Shown here: positions 1 to 10,677 of the stretch, piece after piece | Layout of the letters: every line of letters begins with the position of its first letter | Position numbering within the stretch: the stretch's first letter is position 1 | NCBI RefSeq assembly: GCF_024700885.2 | Contig: NZ_CP117016.1 | Source: Escherichia coli | GTDB taxonomy: Bacteria; Pseudomonadota; Gammaproteobacteria; Enterobacterales; Enterobacteriaceae | Length of the DNA stretch: 64,000 nt | Strand: one strand, 5' to 3' | Program-made: the position numbers and the translations under genes | The notes under the pieces: generated by a model | The model's database searches: none | Told to the model about the DNA's origin: nothing | The model's input: the letters and a program-made list of their open reading frames with translations, nothing else

Positions 1-276
1 GCCATCGTGGAAGAACATGTCATCCAGCAGGGCACCATAATCCGGCTCGCTGATTTGCGAGCTGGCCTGCATCGCTTTCGAGGTCAGGCCGATTTTGTGG
101 CCTTTCAGCGTACGGCCTTCGGCAATTTTCAGGCGGACCCATTCGCGCTGTACGGCGTAGGCATCTTCGATGGTGATCTCCGGGTAATCCAGCGAGATCG
201 CGCGGATCTGTTCACGCTGTTTTTCTGCCTGATCCAGACGCTGGGCGATCAGGGTGTGGGTGTGTTTATCGAACAT
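1..276 (-). CDS. hpaH: 2-oxo-hept-ene-1,7-dioate hydratase HpaH, N-terminal part (gene runs off the window start)
   Basis: Minus-strand ATG at 274-276 translates [20 protein letters not shown]...; sits directly downstream of hpaF in the conserved hpa operon order. The listed plus-strand ORF 7..351 is its antisense shadow. Confidence 0.75.
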   Translation of the reverse strand, partial: MFDKHTHTLIAQRLDQAEKQREQIRAISLDYPEITIEDAYAVQREWVRLKIAEGRTLKGHKIGLTSKAMQASSQISEPDYGALLDDMFFHDG

Positions 277-343
277 GGCGATATCCTGTGGCATTGCCGG
301 ATGCGGCTGCGCCTTATCATCCGGCCTGGAAGCTGGTGCAAAT

Positions 344-724
344 TTATTTAAACAACGCGTGTACGTTGTTCTGTTTGAAATTCAACGTCGGGTGCAGCTC
401 TGCAATCTCAAATGAAAGCGCCAGGTAACGGCTCTCCATCAGTGAGGCGAAGTGCGTTTTAATCAGATCAAACAGCATTTCGCCCACTTTCTGACGGCTT
501 TCCAGACTGCGCCCGCTGCCGATTTTTAGCGTCATATGCACAAAGGCGTAATCGTGCTTGCCATCAGCCATTTGCCAGGTATCGATCCAGTGTGCCCGGC
601 TACGTATTCCCCCAAGCGGAAAAATCCCCGTCGCCGCCAGTGCGGTGTTAACACTGGCAAACAGCTCAGGTAAGCGGGCTTCTTGACGAATATTTTCAGT
701 ACATTCCACGATAAAGTGCGGCAT
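344..724 (-). CDS. hpaF: 5-carboxymethyl-2-hydroxymuconate delta-isomerase
   Basis: 126-aa ORF ([14 protein letters not shown]...) of CHM-isomerase size, ATG start, in hpa operon context. Confidence 0.85.
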   Translation of the reverse strand: MPHFIVECTENIRQEARLPELFASVNTALAATGIFPLGGIRSRAHWIDTWQMADGKHDYAFVHMTLKIGSGRSLESRQKVGEMLFDLIKTHFASLMESRYLALSFEIAELHPTLNFKQNNVHALFK

Positions 725-733
725 GGTGGTTCC

Positions 734-1585
734 TTACGCGGGAAGCGGGAAAACAGCGTTAACCTGACCAGTACCGGAGCTTGGGAACAGCTCGGTAATA
801 AACTCCACCTTGCCGTCGTATTTATCCCAGCCGAGCATCCCCAGCAGCATCACCGTGTCGTGCATATTGCCTTCGCCGTAGCAGTAGTCGGCGTACTCCG
901 GCAGCATATTGCAGAACTCTTTGAACTGGCCTTCGCGCCACAGCTTCACCACGCGCTCGTCCATCTGGCGGTCGAACTCGCGGGTGTAGCTGTTCATCCC
1001 TTCTTCTGCACGCTGATCGTCAATAAAGCGGTGCGATAACGAACCGCTGGCAAGGACCGCCACGGTACCGTCGTACTGTTCGATCGCTTTCAGAATCGCT
1101 TCGCCCAGCTTGCGGCTGTCGGCAAAATCGTGAACCGTGCAGAAAGCCGAAATGGAGACCACTTTGAAGTGCTTGTCTTCATTCATGTAGCGCATTGGCA
1201 CCAGCGTGCCGTATTCCAGTTTCAGGCTGGGAATATTGTGCGCTTTTGCCCGCACGCCGAGTTTTAAGGCTTCATCGGCAATAAGCTGCCCCAACTCCGG
1301 GTTGCCCTCGTAGTTGTAGGTCATGTCACGAATAAAATGCGGCAGCTCGTTACTGGTGTAGACGCCTTCAAAATGGTCTGCACAGTTGATGTGATAAGCA
1401 CTGTTGACCAGCCAGTGGGTATCGAAAACGATAATGGTATCGACGCCCATTTCCCGGCAACGCTTGCTGATCTCTTTATGCCCGTCGATCGCGCCCTGGC
1501 GGCAACCGTGGTTTTTCCCTGGCAGTTCAGAGAGATACATCGACGGTACGTGCGTGATCTTGGCGGCTAACGCTAACTTACCCAT
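734..1585 (-). CDS. hpaD: 3,4-dihydroxyphenylacetate (homoprotocatechuate) 2,3-dioxygenase
   Basis: 283-aa ORF (MGKLALAAKITHVPSMYL...), extradiol dioxygenase size and operon position. Confidence 0.88.
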   Translation of the reverse strand: MGKLALAAKITHVPSMYLSELPGKNHGCRQGAIDGHKEISKRCREMGVDTIIVFDTHWLVNSAYHINCADHFEGVYTSNELPHFIRDMTYNYEGNPELGQLIADEALKLGVRAKAHNIPSLKLEYGTLVPMRYMNEDKHFKVVSISAFCTVHDFADSRKLGEAILKAIEQYDGTVAVLASGSLSHRFIDDQRAEEGMNSYTREFDRQMDERVVKLWREGQFKEFCNMLPEYADYCYGEGNMHDTVMLLGMLGWDKYDGKVEFITELFPSSGTGQVNAVFPLPA

Positions 1586-1586
1586 A

Positions 1587-3053
1587 TCAGACTCCCCATT
1601 TCGGAATTGGATGGTCGCCCATGGAAATGCAGACGTTCTTCATTTCCGCGAACACTTCGAAGCTGTACTCACCGCCTTCACGCCCGGTGCCGGAGGCTTT
1701 TACGCCGCCAAACGGCTGGCGCAGGTCGCGCACGTTCTGGGTGTTGACGAACACCATGCCTGCTTCAATGCCACGCGCCAGGCGTAACACTTTGCTGACA
1801 TCCTGCGTCCAGATGTACGATGCCAGGCCGTACTCCACGTCGTTTGCCAGGCGTAAGCCTTCGGCTTCGTCTTTAAACGGCAGCAGGCAGGCGACCGGCC
1901 CGAAAATCTCTTCCTGGGCGACGCGCATACGGTTATCTACGTCTGCCAGCACGGTTGGGCGCAGGAAGTTGCCGCCTTTCAGATGTGCAGGCAGGTCAGA
2001 CGGTTTATCCGGGCCGCCCGCCAGCAGGGTTGCGCCTTCTTCAATGCCGAGACGGATATAGCCAGAGACTTTTTCCCAGTGCTGCTGGCTGATAAGCGCC
2101 CCAACCTGGGTATTCGGATCGTTCGGATCGCCCACGCGCAGACGGTTGGCGCGTTCGGCAAAGCGTTTAACGAATTCCGGGTAGATGCTTTGCTGAATAA
2201 AGATGCGCGAACCGGCGGTGCAGCGCTCGCCGTTGATCGAGAAGATGGTGAACAGGGCAGCGTCCAGCGCGCGTTCAATATCGGCATCTTCAAAAATCAG
2301 CACCGGCGATTTACCGCCCAGTTCCATGGAGTATTTTTTCAGCCCGGCGTTTTTCATGATGTTGCGCCCGGTGGCCGTACCGCCGGTGAACGACACGGCA
2401 CGTACGTCATGATGACGAACCAGCGCATCGCCTGCGGTTGCGCCGTAGCCCTGTACCACGTTCAGCACGCCCGCCGGAATACCGGCTTCCAGCGCCAGCT
2501 CACCCAGGCGGTCAGCGGTCAGCGGGGAGAGTTCCGACATTTTCAACACCGCGGTATTGCCCAGCGCCAGACACGGCGCGACCTTCCATGTGGCGGTCAT
2601 AAACGGCACGTTCCACGGCGATACCAGCGCACAAACGCCTACCGGTTGCACCAGCGTGTAGTTGAGCATCTTGTCGTCAACCGGATAGGTCTTGCCGTTC
2701 ATCTGCTGGCAGACTTCCGCGAAAAATTCAAAGTTGTGAGAAGCGCGTGGGATCAACACATTTTTGGTCTGATGGATTGGCAGGCCCGTGTCAGCGGTTT
2801 CCATCGCGGCGATCTCAGGCACGTTCTGGTCGATCAGATCGCCCAGACGGCGCATCAGGCGCGCACGCTCTTTCATCGGCAGATTGGCCCATTTCGGGAA
2901 CGCCTCTTTCGCTGCCGCTACCGCCTGATTGATCTCCGCTTCACCGCCAGAGGCCACATCCGCCAGCACTTCACCCGTTGCCGGATTGGTGGTCTGGAAG
3001 TAGTCGTTACCTGCAACATTTTTGCCGTTGATCCAATGATTTACTTTTTTCAT
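1587..3053 (-). CDS. hpaE: 5-carboxymethyl-2-hydroxymuconate semialdehyde dehydrogenase (NAD-dependent aldehyde dehydrogenase)
   Basis: 488-aa ORF with aldehyde dehydrogenase hallmarks (ELGGKSP; catalytic Cys in GERCTAGSR); 4-nt overlap with hpaG. Confidence 0.9.
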   Translation of the reverse strand: MKKVNHWINGKNVAGNDYFQTTNPATGEVLADVASGGEAEINQAVAAAKEAFPKWANLPMKERARLMRRLGDLIDQNVPEIAAMETADTGLPIHQTKNVLIPRASHNFEFFAEVCQQMNGKTYPVDDKMLNYTLVQPVGVCALVSPWNVPFMTATWKVAPCLALGNTAVLKMSELSPLTADRLGELALEAGIPAGVLNVVQGYGATAGDALVRHHDVRAVSFTGGTATGRNIMKNAGLKKYSMELGGKSPVLIFEDADIERALDAALFTIFSINGERCTAGSRIFIQQSIYPEFVKRFAERANRLRVGDPNDPNTQVGALISQQHWEKVSGYIRLGIEEGATLLAGGPDKPSDLPAHLKGGNFLRPTVLADVDNRMRVAQEEIFGPVACLLPFKDEAEGLRLANDVEYGLASYIWTQDVSKVLRLARGIEAGMVFVNTQNVRDLRQPFGGVKASGTGREGGEYSFEVFAEMKNVCISMGDHPIPKWGV

Positions 3054-4339
3054 TTCGCTGTTTCCTCACTCACAATTCGGTTCACCAGGCGGCCCACGCC
3101 TTCTACTTCCACTACTACTTCATCGCCAGGCACCACGTCAGATAAGCCTTTTGGTGTGCCGGTGGCGATCATGTCGCCCGGATTCAGGGTCATAAATTCG
3201 CTTAAGTAGGCGATCAGGAAGGGCACGCTGAAGATCAGATCGGCGGTGGTGCCTTTCTGGCGTAACTCGCCGTTGACGAAGGTGCGAAGGGTCAGATTAT
3301 GCGGGTCCGGGATCGCCTCTTTCGGCACGATGGTTGAAAGCATCGGCGTCAGTCCGTCGCGGCTTTTTACCCGCAGGTTAGGGCGGTAGTAGTTTTCCAG
3401 ATAGTCGCGAATGGCGTAGTCGTTACACACGGTGTAGCCCGCGACATAATCCATAGCATCGGCTTCGCTGACGTTACGCGCCTGCTTGCCAATCACCACC
3501 ACCAGCTCCGCTTCGTAGTGCATATACTCAATATTGTTCGGGCGCACGGAGGTCTGGTTATCGCCAGTGAGGGTATTCGGCGCTTTCAGGAACACCAGCG
3601 GTTCTTCCGGTGGCTTAAATTCCAGTTCGCTGGCGTGGTCGGCGTAGTTCAGGCCGAGGGCAAACAGCGTGCCGTGCGGGTGTGGCTGCGTTGGGAAGCT
3701 CTTGCGCGTGGTCACTTCACGTTCGTCCACTACCGGATTTTCCAGTGGCGGGAAACCTTCAGCGAGAACACGAACGCGATCGCCTGGCTGTATTTCCACG
3801 CGCGCCTGTGGCGTGCCGAGCAGAATGGCATCGCCTGGATTCAGCGTGGCAAATTCGCTCAGAGCGCTCAGCAACTGCGCGGCATTACGTTGTAAATCGG
3901 CGGTGTTCCAGTGATCGGCAGGACGTCCGTTGATCTCGGTATAGATGGTCAGATTATCGACATTGCTGAGAGCCACGGTTTCGCCAATGGGGCAGAATCC
4001 ATCACGACATTTTGCTTTGATTGCCGGGCGGTAAAAGCTCTCTTCCGGCAGGCTGACGTCGTTAGCCAGCGCATATCCGGCGATGTACTCTGCTGCATCT
4101 TCTTCACGTACTTTCGTCGCCGTTTTTCCCACAATCAGCGCAACAGTCGCACCGCTCAGTACCTTTTCACCCTGTGGAAAGGGAATCGGTTCACCGCAAC
4201 CAATCACCGTATTGCGCGGTTTAATAAACCAGACCGCAGTTTTAGGCGGGGCTTTGTAGGGGGATTGCTGGAACGCTTCCTGCCATGCATCAAGTTGGCT
4301 GCGATGGTTCAACGCTACGGCGAAGATAGTGCCTTTCAT
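3050..4339 (-). CDS. hpaG: bifunctional OPET decarboxylase / HHDD isomerase (FAH-family tandem domains)
   Basis: ORF 3050..4345; ATG at 4339 is preceded by GAGGAG and gives 429 aa (MKGTIFAV...); two FAH-like repeats are visible in the translation. Confidence 0.88.
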   Translation of the reverse strand: MKGTIFAVALNHRSQLDAWQEAFQQSPYKAPPKTAVWFIKPRNTVIGCGEPIPFPQGEKVLSGATVALIVGKTATKVREEDAAEYIAGYALANDVSLPEESFYRPAIKAKCRDGFCPIGETVALSNVDNLTIYTEINGRPADHWNTADLQRNAAQLLSALSEFATLNPGDAILLGTPQARVEIQPGDRVRVLAEGFPPLENPVVDEREVTTRKSFPTQPHPHGTLFALGLNYADHASELEFKPPEEPLVFLKAPNTLTGDNQTSVRPNNIEYMHYEAELVVVIGKQARNVSEADAMDYVAGYTVCNDYAIRDYLENYYRPNLRVKSRDGLTPMLSTIVPKEAIPDPHNLTLRTFVNGELRQKGTTADLIFSVPFLIAYLSEFMTLNPGDMIATGTPKGLSDVVPGDEVVVEVEGVGRLVNRIVSEETAK

Positions 4340-4345
4340 TACCAC

Positions 4346-4610
4346 TCCTCGGATTCGATCATCTTAATCATTAATATGTTAATGATTACTTTTATTCCCG
4401 ATTGCGTAGTTTGGCAAAAGTAAGTGATGTAAATGTGATCTAATTAACAAACTATTTACATTTAAAGATAATAAAATATTAAATATCAGTAAGTTAACAA
4501 AACATGCTCAATTTTGATAAAATGAAGAATTGCAGGGGCAGCGCAGTCCCGGTAACGTGATGATTAACTGTTTCTATATTAATGATTTTGAATTTTTCAG
4601 GGGGAAGATA
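4346..4610. promoter_or_regulatory. divergent hpaG / hpaR intergenic control region (AT-rich)
   Basis: 265-bp AT-rich spacer between divergently oriented hpaG operon and hpaR; promoters and operator are expected here but not mapped. Confidence 0.45.
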
Positions 4611-5057
4611 ATGCACGACTCACTAACCATTGCGTTGCTCCAGGCGCGAGAAGCGGCGATGAGTTATTTTCGCCCAATCGTTAAACGGCATAATTTGACA
4701 GAGCAACAGTGGCGCATCGTGCGTATTCTGGCGGAAAGCCCATCAATGGATTTTCACGATCTGGCGTATCGCGCCTGCATTTTGCGCCCAAGCCTGACCG
4801 GGATCCTCACGCGGATGGAACGCGACGGTTTAGTGTTGCGATTAAAGCCGATCAATGATCAGCGGAAGCTCTATATCTCGCTGACCAAAGAGGGGCAGGC
4901 CCTGTATAACCGCGCTCAGACACAGATTGAAGAAGCCTATCGGCAGATTGAAGCTCAGTTTACTGCCGAGAAAATGCAACAGTTAACCCATCTGTTAGAG
5001 GAATTTATTGCTCTGGGTAATTCCCGACAAGAAGACATTCCGGGCGATAATGAATAA
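4611..5057 (+). CDS. hpaR: MarR-family repressor of the hpa meta-cleavage operon
   Basis: ATG at 4611 after GGGGAAG; 148 aa (MHDSLTIALLQAREAAMSYF...), MarR-like winged-helix size, divergent from hpaG. Confidence 0.85.
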   Translation: MHDSLTIALLQAREAAMSYFRPIVKRHNLTEQQWRIVRILAESPSMDFHDLAYRACILRPSLTGILTRMERDGLVLRLKPINDQRKLYISLTKEGQALYNRAQTQIEEAYRQIEAQFTAEKMQQLTHLLEEFIALGNSRQEDIPGDNE

Positions 5058-5175
5058 CTTTTTAGTATCTGATAACCAGCATCTGGTTTTTCCATGGATG
5101 GCGGGTTACACCTTTTCATAAAGTTTTTGCTTTCCAGGCCGAAAATCTTGCATCGGTCCACAGGAAAGAGAAACC

Positions 5176-6840
5176 ATGTTAAAACGTATCAAAATTGTGA
5201 CCAGCTTACTGCTGGTTTTGGCCGTTTTTGGCCTTTTACAACTGACATCAGGCGGTCTGTTCTTTAATGCCTTAAAGAATGACAAAGAAAATTTCACTGT
5301 TTTACAAACCATTCGCCAGCAGCAATCCACGCTGAATGGCAGCTGGGTCGCGTTGTTGCAGACGCGTAACACCCTCAACCGCGCGGGTATCCGCTACATG
5401 ATGGATCAGAATAATATTGGTAGCGGTTCAACCGTTGCTGAGCTGATGCAGAGTGCCAGTATTTCGCTGAAACAGGCGGAAAAAAACTGGGCGGATTACG
5501 AAGCGTTGCCGCGTGACCCGCGTCAGAGCACCGCCGCAGCGGCAGAGATCAAACGTAATTACGATATTTATCACAATGCGCTGGCGGAGCTGATCCAACT
5601 GTTAGGTGCAGGCAAAATCAACGAGTTCTTTGATCAGCCGACCCAGGGATATCAGGACGGTTTCGAGAAGCAGTATGTGGCTTACATGGAGCAAAACGAT
5701 CGGCTCTATGATATCGCCGTCAGCGATAATAATGCCTCCTACAGCCAGGCGATGTGGATTCTGGTGGGCGTGATGATCGTCGTACTGGCGGTCATCTTCG
5801 CCGTCTGGTTCGGTATTAAAGCCTCGTTGGTAGCGCCAATGAATCGCCTGATTGACAGCATTCGTCATATTGCAGGCGGCGATCTGGTGAAACCGATTGA
5901 GGTGGATGGCTCTAATGAGATGGGGCAACTGGCAGAGAGTTTGCGCCATATGCAGGGAGAGCTGATGCGTACCGTCGGTGATGTGCGCAACGGGGCCAAT
6001 GCCATTTATAGCGGTGCCAGCGAAATCGCTACCGGCAATAACGATCTCTCTTCGCGCACCGAGCAACAGGCCGCTTCGCTGGAAGAGACGGCAGCCAGCA
6101 TGGAGCAACTGACCGCAACGGTGAAACAGAACGCCGAGAATGCGCGCCAGGCCAGCCACCTGGCGTTAAGTGCTTCTGAAACGGCGCAACGCGGCGGCAA
6201 AGTGGTAGATAACGTGGTGCAGACTATGCGCGATATCTCCACCAGTTCGCAGAAAATCGCCGATATTATCAGCGTAATTGACGGTATTGCCTTCCAGACC
6301 AATATTCTGGCTTTGAACGCGGCGGTTGAAGCAGCGCGCGCGGGTGAGCAAGGGCGCGGTTTTGCGGTGGTCGCGGGCGAAGTGCGTAATCTGGCCCAGC
6401 GCAGCGCCCAGGCGGCTCGCGAAATTAAAAGCCTGATTGAAGACTCGGTGGGGAAAGTGGATGTTGACTCTACGCTGGTCGAAAGCGCCGGGGAAACAAT
6501 GGCGGAGATTGTCAGTGCTGTGACCCGCGTGACGGACATTATGGGCGAAATAGCTTCTGCTTCTGATGAGCAGAGCCGTGGTATCGATCAGGTTGGCTTA
6601 GCGGTCGCTGAGATGGACCGGGTAACTCAACAGAACGCTGCGCTGGTGGAAGAATCTGCCGCTGCCGCCGCCGCGCTGGAAGAGCAGGCCAGTCGCCTGA
6701 CCGAAGCTGTGGCAGTGTTCCGGATTCAGCAACAGCAGCAACATCAGCGTGAAACATCGGCTGTGGTAAAAACCGTGACGCCAGCTGCGCCGCGTAAAAT
6801 GGCCGTAGCAGATAGCGGGGAGAACTGGGAAACGTTTTAA
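5176..6840 (+). CDS. tsr: methyl-accepting chemotaxis protein I (serine chemoreceptor)
   Basis: 554-aa ORF with N-terminal transmembrane segment, HAMP region, highly conserved MCP signalling domain and C-terminal NWETF pentapeptide. Confidence 0.92.
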   Translation: MLKRIKIVTSLLLVLAVFGLLQLTSGGLFFNALKNDKENFTVLQTIRQQQSTLNGSWVALLQTRNTLNRAGIRYMMDQNNIGSGSTVAELMQSASISLKQAEKNWADYEALPRDPRQSTAAAAEIKRNYDIYHNALAELIQLLGAGKINEFFDQPTQGYQDGFEKQYVAYMEQNDRLYDIAVSDNNASYSQAMWILVGVMIVVLAVIFAVWFGIKASLVAPMNRLIDSIRHIAGGDLVKPIEVDGSNEMGQLAESLRHMQGELMRTVGDVRNGANAIYSGASEIATGNNDLSSRTEQQAASLEETAASMEQLTATVKQNAENARQASHLALSASETAQRGGKVVDNVVQTMRDISTSSQKIADIISVIDGIAFQTNILALNAAVEAARAGEQGRGFAVVAGEVRNLAQRSAQAAREIKSLIEDSVGKVDVDSTLVESAGETMAEIVSAVTRVTDIMGEIASASDEQSRGIDQVGLAVAEMDRVTQQNAALVEESAAAAAALEEQASRLTEAVAVFRIQQQQQHQRETSAVVKTVTPAAPRKMAVADSGENWETF

Positions 6841-6851
6841 TCGCCATAAAA

Positions 6852-6881
6852 ATGCCCGATAAGCAAAATGTTATCGGGCAT
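6852..6881. terminator. hairpin between convergent tsr and lgoT
   Basis: atgcccgataa...ttatcgggcat inverted repeat; the T-run lies on the minus-strand side, so mainly the lgoT terminator. Confidence 0.55.
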
Positions 6882-6888
6882 AGGGAGT

Positions 6889-8250
6889 TTAATCTTTACG
6901 CGGGTCGTTGATCGGCTGACGAACCAGGAAGATGTACGCCAGTGCCCCCGCTGCGGTGACGCAACCGCAGATGATTAGTGCCAGACGGAATGAGTGGGTG
7001 GTATCAACAATAAAACCAGTAATGATCGGCGCGAAAGAGGCGCAGATGAAGCTGGCAAAGTTCTGGATACTGCCCACCGACGCCGTCATGCGAGAAGCAA
7101 CTGCGACGTGGATCAAGCCCCAGCAGGATGTTCCGGCAAAGTGAATACAAAACAGTGCCATGCCAATCAGCAGAACCGCTGTCATGGATGTTGTCGCTTG
7201 CGGTACGACCAGCGTAAAGGCGGCAGAACAGAACATCCCGGCAATAATGCAGATCTTACGGCTTTTAATCGGAGCCATTCCCCCTTTGACCAGCCAGTCG
7301 GTAACGTAACCGTTGACCAGCATCCCGGCAGCCCCAAACAGGAAAGGGATAGCAGCCATCAATCCTGTGCTTTTTAAATCCAGGTTATAGGCTGTTTGCA
7401 GGTAACCAGGAAGCCAGGCCAGATACAGCCACGCAGTGTAGTTGATGCCACTGAATCCGAGCATCATTCCCCACATTGTGCGGTTACGGAACAGGCTGCG
7501 CCATTCGGCAAAACTGAGCGGATCTCGGCGGGCATTGACGCTACCTGCATTGAGATAAGCTTGTTCAACGGCAGTCAGTTCTACGTGCTCGCGGTTGCGA
7601 TAGAGCATATACCAGCCGATGGCGAGAAAAATCCCCAGTACACCAATGGTAATAAACATCCCGCGCCAGCCCATCACCAGCATCATCGCCGCCAGAATCG
7701 GTGGGCTTACGGCAACGCCAATGGTAGAAGCTGCGTTGAAGAAGCCCATCGGGCGTCCGCGCTCTTTGATGTTGAACCAGTCGTTAATGACTTTTACACC
7801 GCATGGGTTCATCGGCGCTTCACCAATCCCCATACCGATACGCACCAACACGAACTGCGTAAAGCTGTGAACCATGCCAGACATTGCCTGGAACAGTGAC
7901 CAGAAGAACATCCCCAGTCCCAGCATCAGGCGTGGGCCTTTACGATCCAATAGTGGGCCGCAAGGAAGTTGCGCAATGCCGTAAGCGAGTGAAAACACGG
8001 AGAGCAAAGCGCCGATTTCGGTGGCACTTAATCCCAATTCTTCACGAATTGTTAAATTTGCTACCGACAGCGAACTGCGGTCGAGATAATTGATTACCGC
8101 CGCAAAAAATAATAACAACATGGCGGTGGTTTGAATGCGTTTAATTCGGGTGCTGCGTTGAACTAATCCATCTGGTGGCACGGGAATATCTGCCGACGAA
8201 GATGGAGTAAATGAAGAACGCGGATCGAGGGTGATATTTTCTTTTTCCAC
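6889..8250 (-). CDS. lgoT: MFS transporter (L-galactonate transporter)
   Basis: 453-aa multi-TM ORF (MEKENITLDPRSS...), apparent GTG start; K-12 gene order tsr-lgoT-lgoR-lgoD. Confidence 0.85.
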   Translation of the reverse strand: MEKENITLDPRSSFTPSSSADIPVPPDGLVQRSTRIKRIQTTAMLLLFFAAVINYLDRSSLSVANLTIREELGLSATEIGALLSVFSLAYGIAQLPCGPLLDRKGPRLMLGLGMFFWSLFQAMSGMVHSFTQFVLVRIGMGIGEAPMNPCGVKVINDWFNIKERGRPMGFFNAASTIGVAVSPPILAAMMLVMGWRGMFITIGVLGIFLAIGWYMLYRNREHVELTAVEQAYLNAGSVNARRDPLSFAEWRSLFRNRTMWGMMLGFSGINYTAWLYLAWLPGYLQTAYNLDLKSTGLMAAIPFLFGAAGMLVNGYVTDWLVKGGMAPIKSRKICIIAGMFCSAAFTLVVPQATTSMTAVLLIGMALFCIHFAGTSCWGLIHVAVASRMTASVGSIQNFASFICASFAPIITGFIVDTTHSFRLALIICGCVTAAGALAYIFLVRQPINDPRKD

Positions 8251-8464
8251 GCCGGACTCCTGTATTTATAATTTTAATTGTTTACGTAATTGTGCATTAC
8301 GCAAGGTTGACATTAACGGCAGGTTAAAGTTTTAGGACTTTACTACCGCTCACAAAAACATTTTTAGTCGACTGATTGTGAGCATAGGTAAGCGGGAATT
8401 TCCCGGTATTTATCTTTTGATAAAACCGTGCACCCGCTAATAGTTTGCTGTTTTTAATCCGTAC

Positions 8465-9379
8465 TTAATGAGCATAACGCGTGTTCTCATTAATGGATCG
8501 AATCATTGATTGTTTAGCTGAATTCAAATGGTTACGGAGCGCAAGGGTGGCATCCAGGTCACTGCGGCAAATCAGAGCACTGAGAATGGTCATATGTTCA
8601 TCGACGGCAATGATATTGCGCTGTTTAAGATCGCTTTCGTCCCATTGATAGTGAAAATGAAAGATGACTGAGATGATCTCAAGCGATTGATCAAAAAAGA
8701 TATTGTCGGCAGCTGAAAGCAGTAAGGAGTGAAAATCTCTGTCAAGTTGCGAGAACATGCGAAAGCTATTGCCGATGTTGTCACGCAGTAGCCGATGACG
8801 TTCGAGCATGGTTTTCGCCTGCAGCCAGCGAGGATCATGATCAGGCAGGTTGAGAAAGTGCTGAAGTGAATGAGTTTCGAGCATTTCGCGTAGCTCAAAC
8901 AGCTGCTCAGCGTAGGATTGATCGAATTGCTTCATGCTCCACTGGCCGCGCTTTTCGCTTTGAATAAGATTATAACGGCCGAATTTTAAAAGATATTCTC
9001 TTACTACAACCGGGCTGACACCCGCGGCCCGAGCCAGTTGCAGTTCAGAAAAAGTTTCCCCAGGGCGTAACTGGCGCTGGTTTATCATCGTGAAAAAAGC
9101 CTGCTCAAACACTTTGTTTTGTTCACTCATTGAAGCGGTAGTACAGGCGAAACCGTCATCATGGTCAGGTTTACGCGCAATAACATAGTCGTTTCCAACC
9201 TGCGTTAAGACGCCGCATTCGCGTAAGTGGCTGAGAATATGACGCACTGTAGTGCGGCTGATGTTGTACATTTCCGCCAGCGCACTTTGCGATGGAAGTG
9301 GGGAAGGGATATGACCCCGCGCCATATCATCAATGACCTGGTTAATCACATTGTGGCGTAAATTTTGTGAACGACTCAT
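8465..9379 (-). CDS. lgoR: GntR-family transcriptional regulator of L-galactonate catabolism
   Basis: 304-aa ORF with N-terminal HTH (MYNISRTTVRHILSHL), AGGAGG RBS before the ATG. Confidence 0.85.
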   Translation of the reverse strand: MSRSQNLRHNVINQVIDDMARGHIPSPLPSQSALAEMYNISRTTVRHILSHLRECGVLTQVGNDYVIARKPDHDDGFACTTASMSEQNKVFEQAFFTMINQRQLRPGETFSELQLARAAGVSPVVVREYLLKFGRYNLIQSEKRGQWSMKQFDQSYAEQLFELREMLETHSLQHFLNLPDHDPRWLQAKTMLERHRLLRDNIGNSFRMFSQLDRDFHSLLLSAADNIFFDQSLEIISVIFHFHYQWDESDLKQRNIIAVDEHMTILSALICRSDLDATLALRNHLNSAKQSMIRSINENTRYAH

Positions 9380-9517
9380 ATTTTCCTCCTTGTGAGCCCA
9401 TTAAAACCCGATTTAAAACATTTTTATGCGTGTGTTTTCACAAAACAGATTTTCCGTTCCGCTGCCATTTTTCATTTTCATTGATATCTAAGGCAACAAA
9501 AAATGGAGAGCCGAATC

Positions 9518-10540
9518 ATGTCTACGATGAATGTTTTAATTTGCCAGCAGCCGAAAGAATTAGTCTGGAAACAACGCGAGATACCTATTCCGGGTGACAA
9601 TGAAGCATTAATAAAAATTAAGTCAGTCGGCATTTGTGGTACCGATATTCATGCCTGGGGTGGGAATCAACCATTTTTTAGTTATCCACGCGTTTTAGGC
9701 CATGAAATATGTGGGGAGATTGTTGGGCTGGGTAAAAATATTGCAAATCTTAAAAATGGACAGCAAGTAGCGGTGATCCCTTATGTTGCCTGTCAGCAAT
9801 GCCCGGCGTGTAAAAGCGGGCGTACCAATTGCTGTGAAAAAATTTCAGTCATTGGCGTGCATCAGGATGGCGGTTTTAGTGAGTATTTGAGCGTGCCGGT
9901 GGCGAACATTTTGCCCGCAGATGGTATTGACCCGCAGGCGGCAGCATTAATTGAACCTTTCGCTATTAGCGCTCATGCGGTGCGTCGCGCAGCCATTGCT
10001 CCCGGCGAGCAGGTGCTGGTGGTCGGGGCGGGGCCAATCGGTCTGGGCGCGGCGGCAATCGCTAAAGCCGATGGCGCACAGGTGGTGGTGGCGGATACCA
10101 GTCCGGCGCGCCGTGAACATGTGGCAACGCGTCTGGAATTACCTGTACTGGACCCGTCAGCCGAAGATTTTGACGCGCAGCTGCGGGCGCAGTTTGGTGG
10201 TTCGCTGGCGCAGAAAGTGATCGACGCGACAGGTAATCAACATGCGATGAATAACACCGTGAATCTGATTCGTCACGGCGGCACGGTGGTATTTGTCGGT
10301 CTGTTTAAAGGTGAGTTGCAGTTCTCCGATCCGGAATTCCATAAAAAAGAAACGACGATGATGGGTAGCCGCAACGCCACGCCGGAAGATTTCGCTAAAG
10401 TCGGTCGACTGATGGCGGAAGGGAAAATCACTGCCGACATGATGTTAACCCATCGCTATCCGTTCGCCACGCTGGCAGAAACCTACGAGCGCGATGTGAT
10501 TAACAATCGTGAGTTGATTAAGGGTGTAATTACTTTCTGA
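9518..10540 (+). CDS. lgoD: L-galactonate 5-dehydrogenase (Zn-dependent alcohol dehydrogenase family)
   Basis: ATG at 9518 (MSTMNVLICQQ...) gives 340 aa; GHE...GxVxxVG Zn-ADH motifs and Rossmann GAGPIG. Confidence 0.85.
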   Translation: MSTMNVLICQQPKELVWKQREIPIPGDNEALIKIKSVGICGTDIHAWGGNQPFFSYPRVLGHEICGEIVGLGKNIANLKNGQQVAVIPYVACQQCPACKSGRTNCCEKISVIGVHQDGGFSEYLSVPVANILPADGIDPQAAALIEPFAISAHAVRRAAIAPGEQVLVVGAGPIGLGAAAIAKADGAQVVVADTSPARREHVATRLELPVLDPSAEDFDAQLRAQFGGSLAQKVIDATGNQHAMNNTVNLIRHGGTVVFVGLFKGELQFSDPEFHKKETTMMGSRNATPEDFAKVGRLMAEGKITADMMLTHRYPFATLAETYERDVINNRELIKGVITF

Positions 10541-10566
10541 TAAGGCGAGATTATTAAAGTTGCCAT

Positions 10567-10602
10567 GCAGCGTCCGGGGAAGTGTTGGGCGCTGTTTTTT
10601 TT
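10567..10602 (+). terminator. rho-independent terminator downstream of lgoD
   Basis: GC-rich hairpin (cagcgtccgggg...gggcgctg) followed by T8. Confidence 0.6.
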
Positions 10603-10635
10603 GTTTCTTAATAGTGTGTTGTAAGCCGGAGAAGG

Positions 10636-10665
10636 CGTGTAGGTCGCACCTTATGCGACCTACAC
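10636..10665. repeat. REP-like palindrome
   Basis: gtaggtcgca-ccttat-gcgacctac palindrome in the lgoD/opgB intergenic region. Confidence 0.5.
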
Positions 10666-10677
10666 ATCAGTCAGGAA

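Noticed and set aside
7-351. 114-aa plus-strand ORF at the window start
   Set aside because: It lies antisense to the hpaH N-terminal coding sequence, whose minus-strand translation (MFDKHTHTL...) fits the conserved hpa operon; treated as a shadow ORF.
1983-3209. 408-aa plus-strand ORF, Arg/His-rich
   Set aside because: Fully antisense to hpaE and the hpaG 3' end; biased, low-complexity composition typical of a GC-rich antisense frame.
6006-6539. 177-aa and 185-aa minus-strand ORFs inside tsr
   Set aside because: Antisense to the strongly conserved MCP signalling domain; Ala/Ser/Arg-rich shadow frames.
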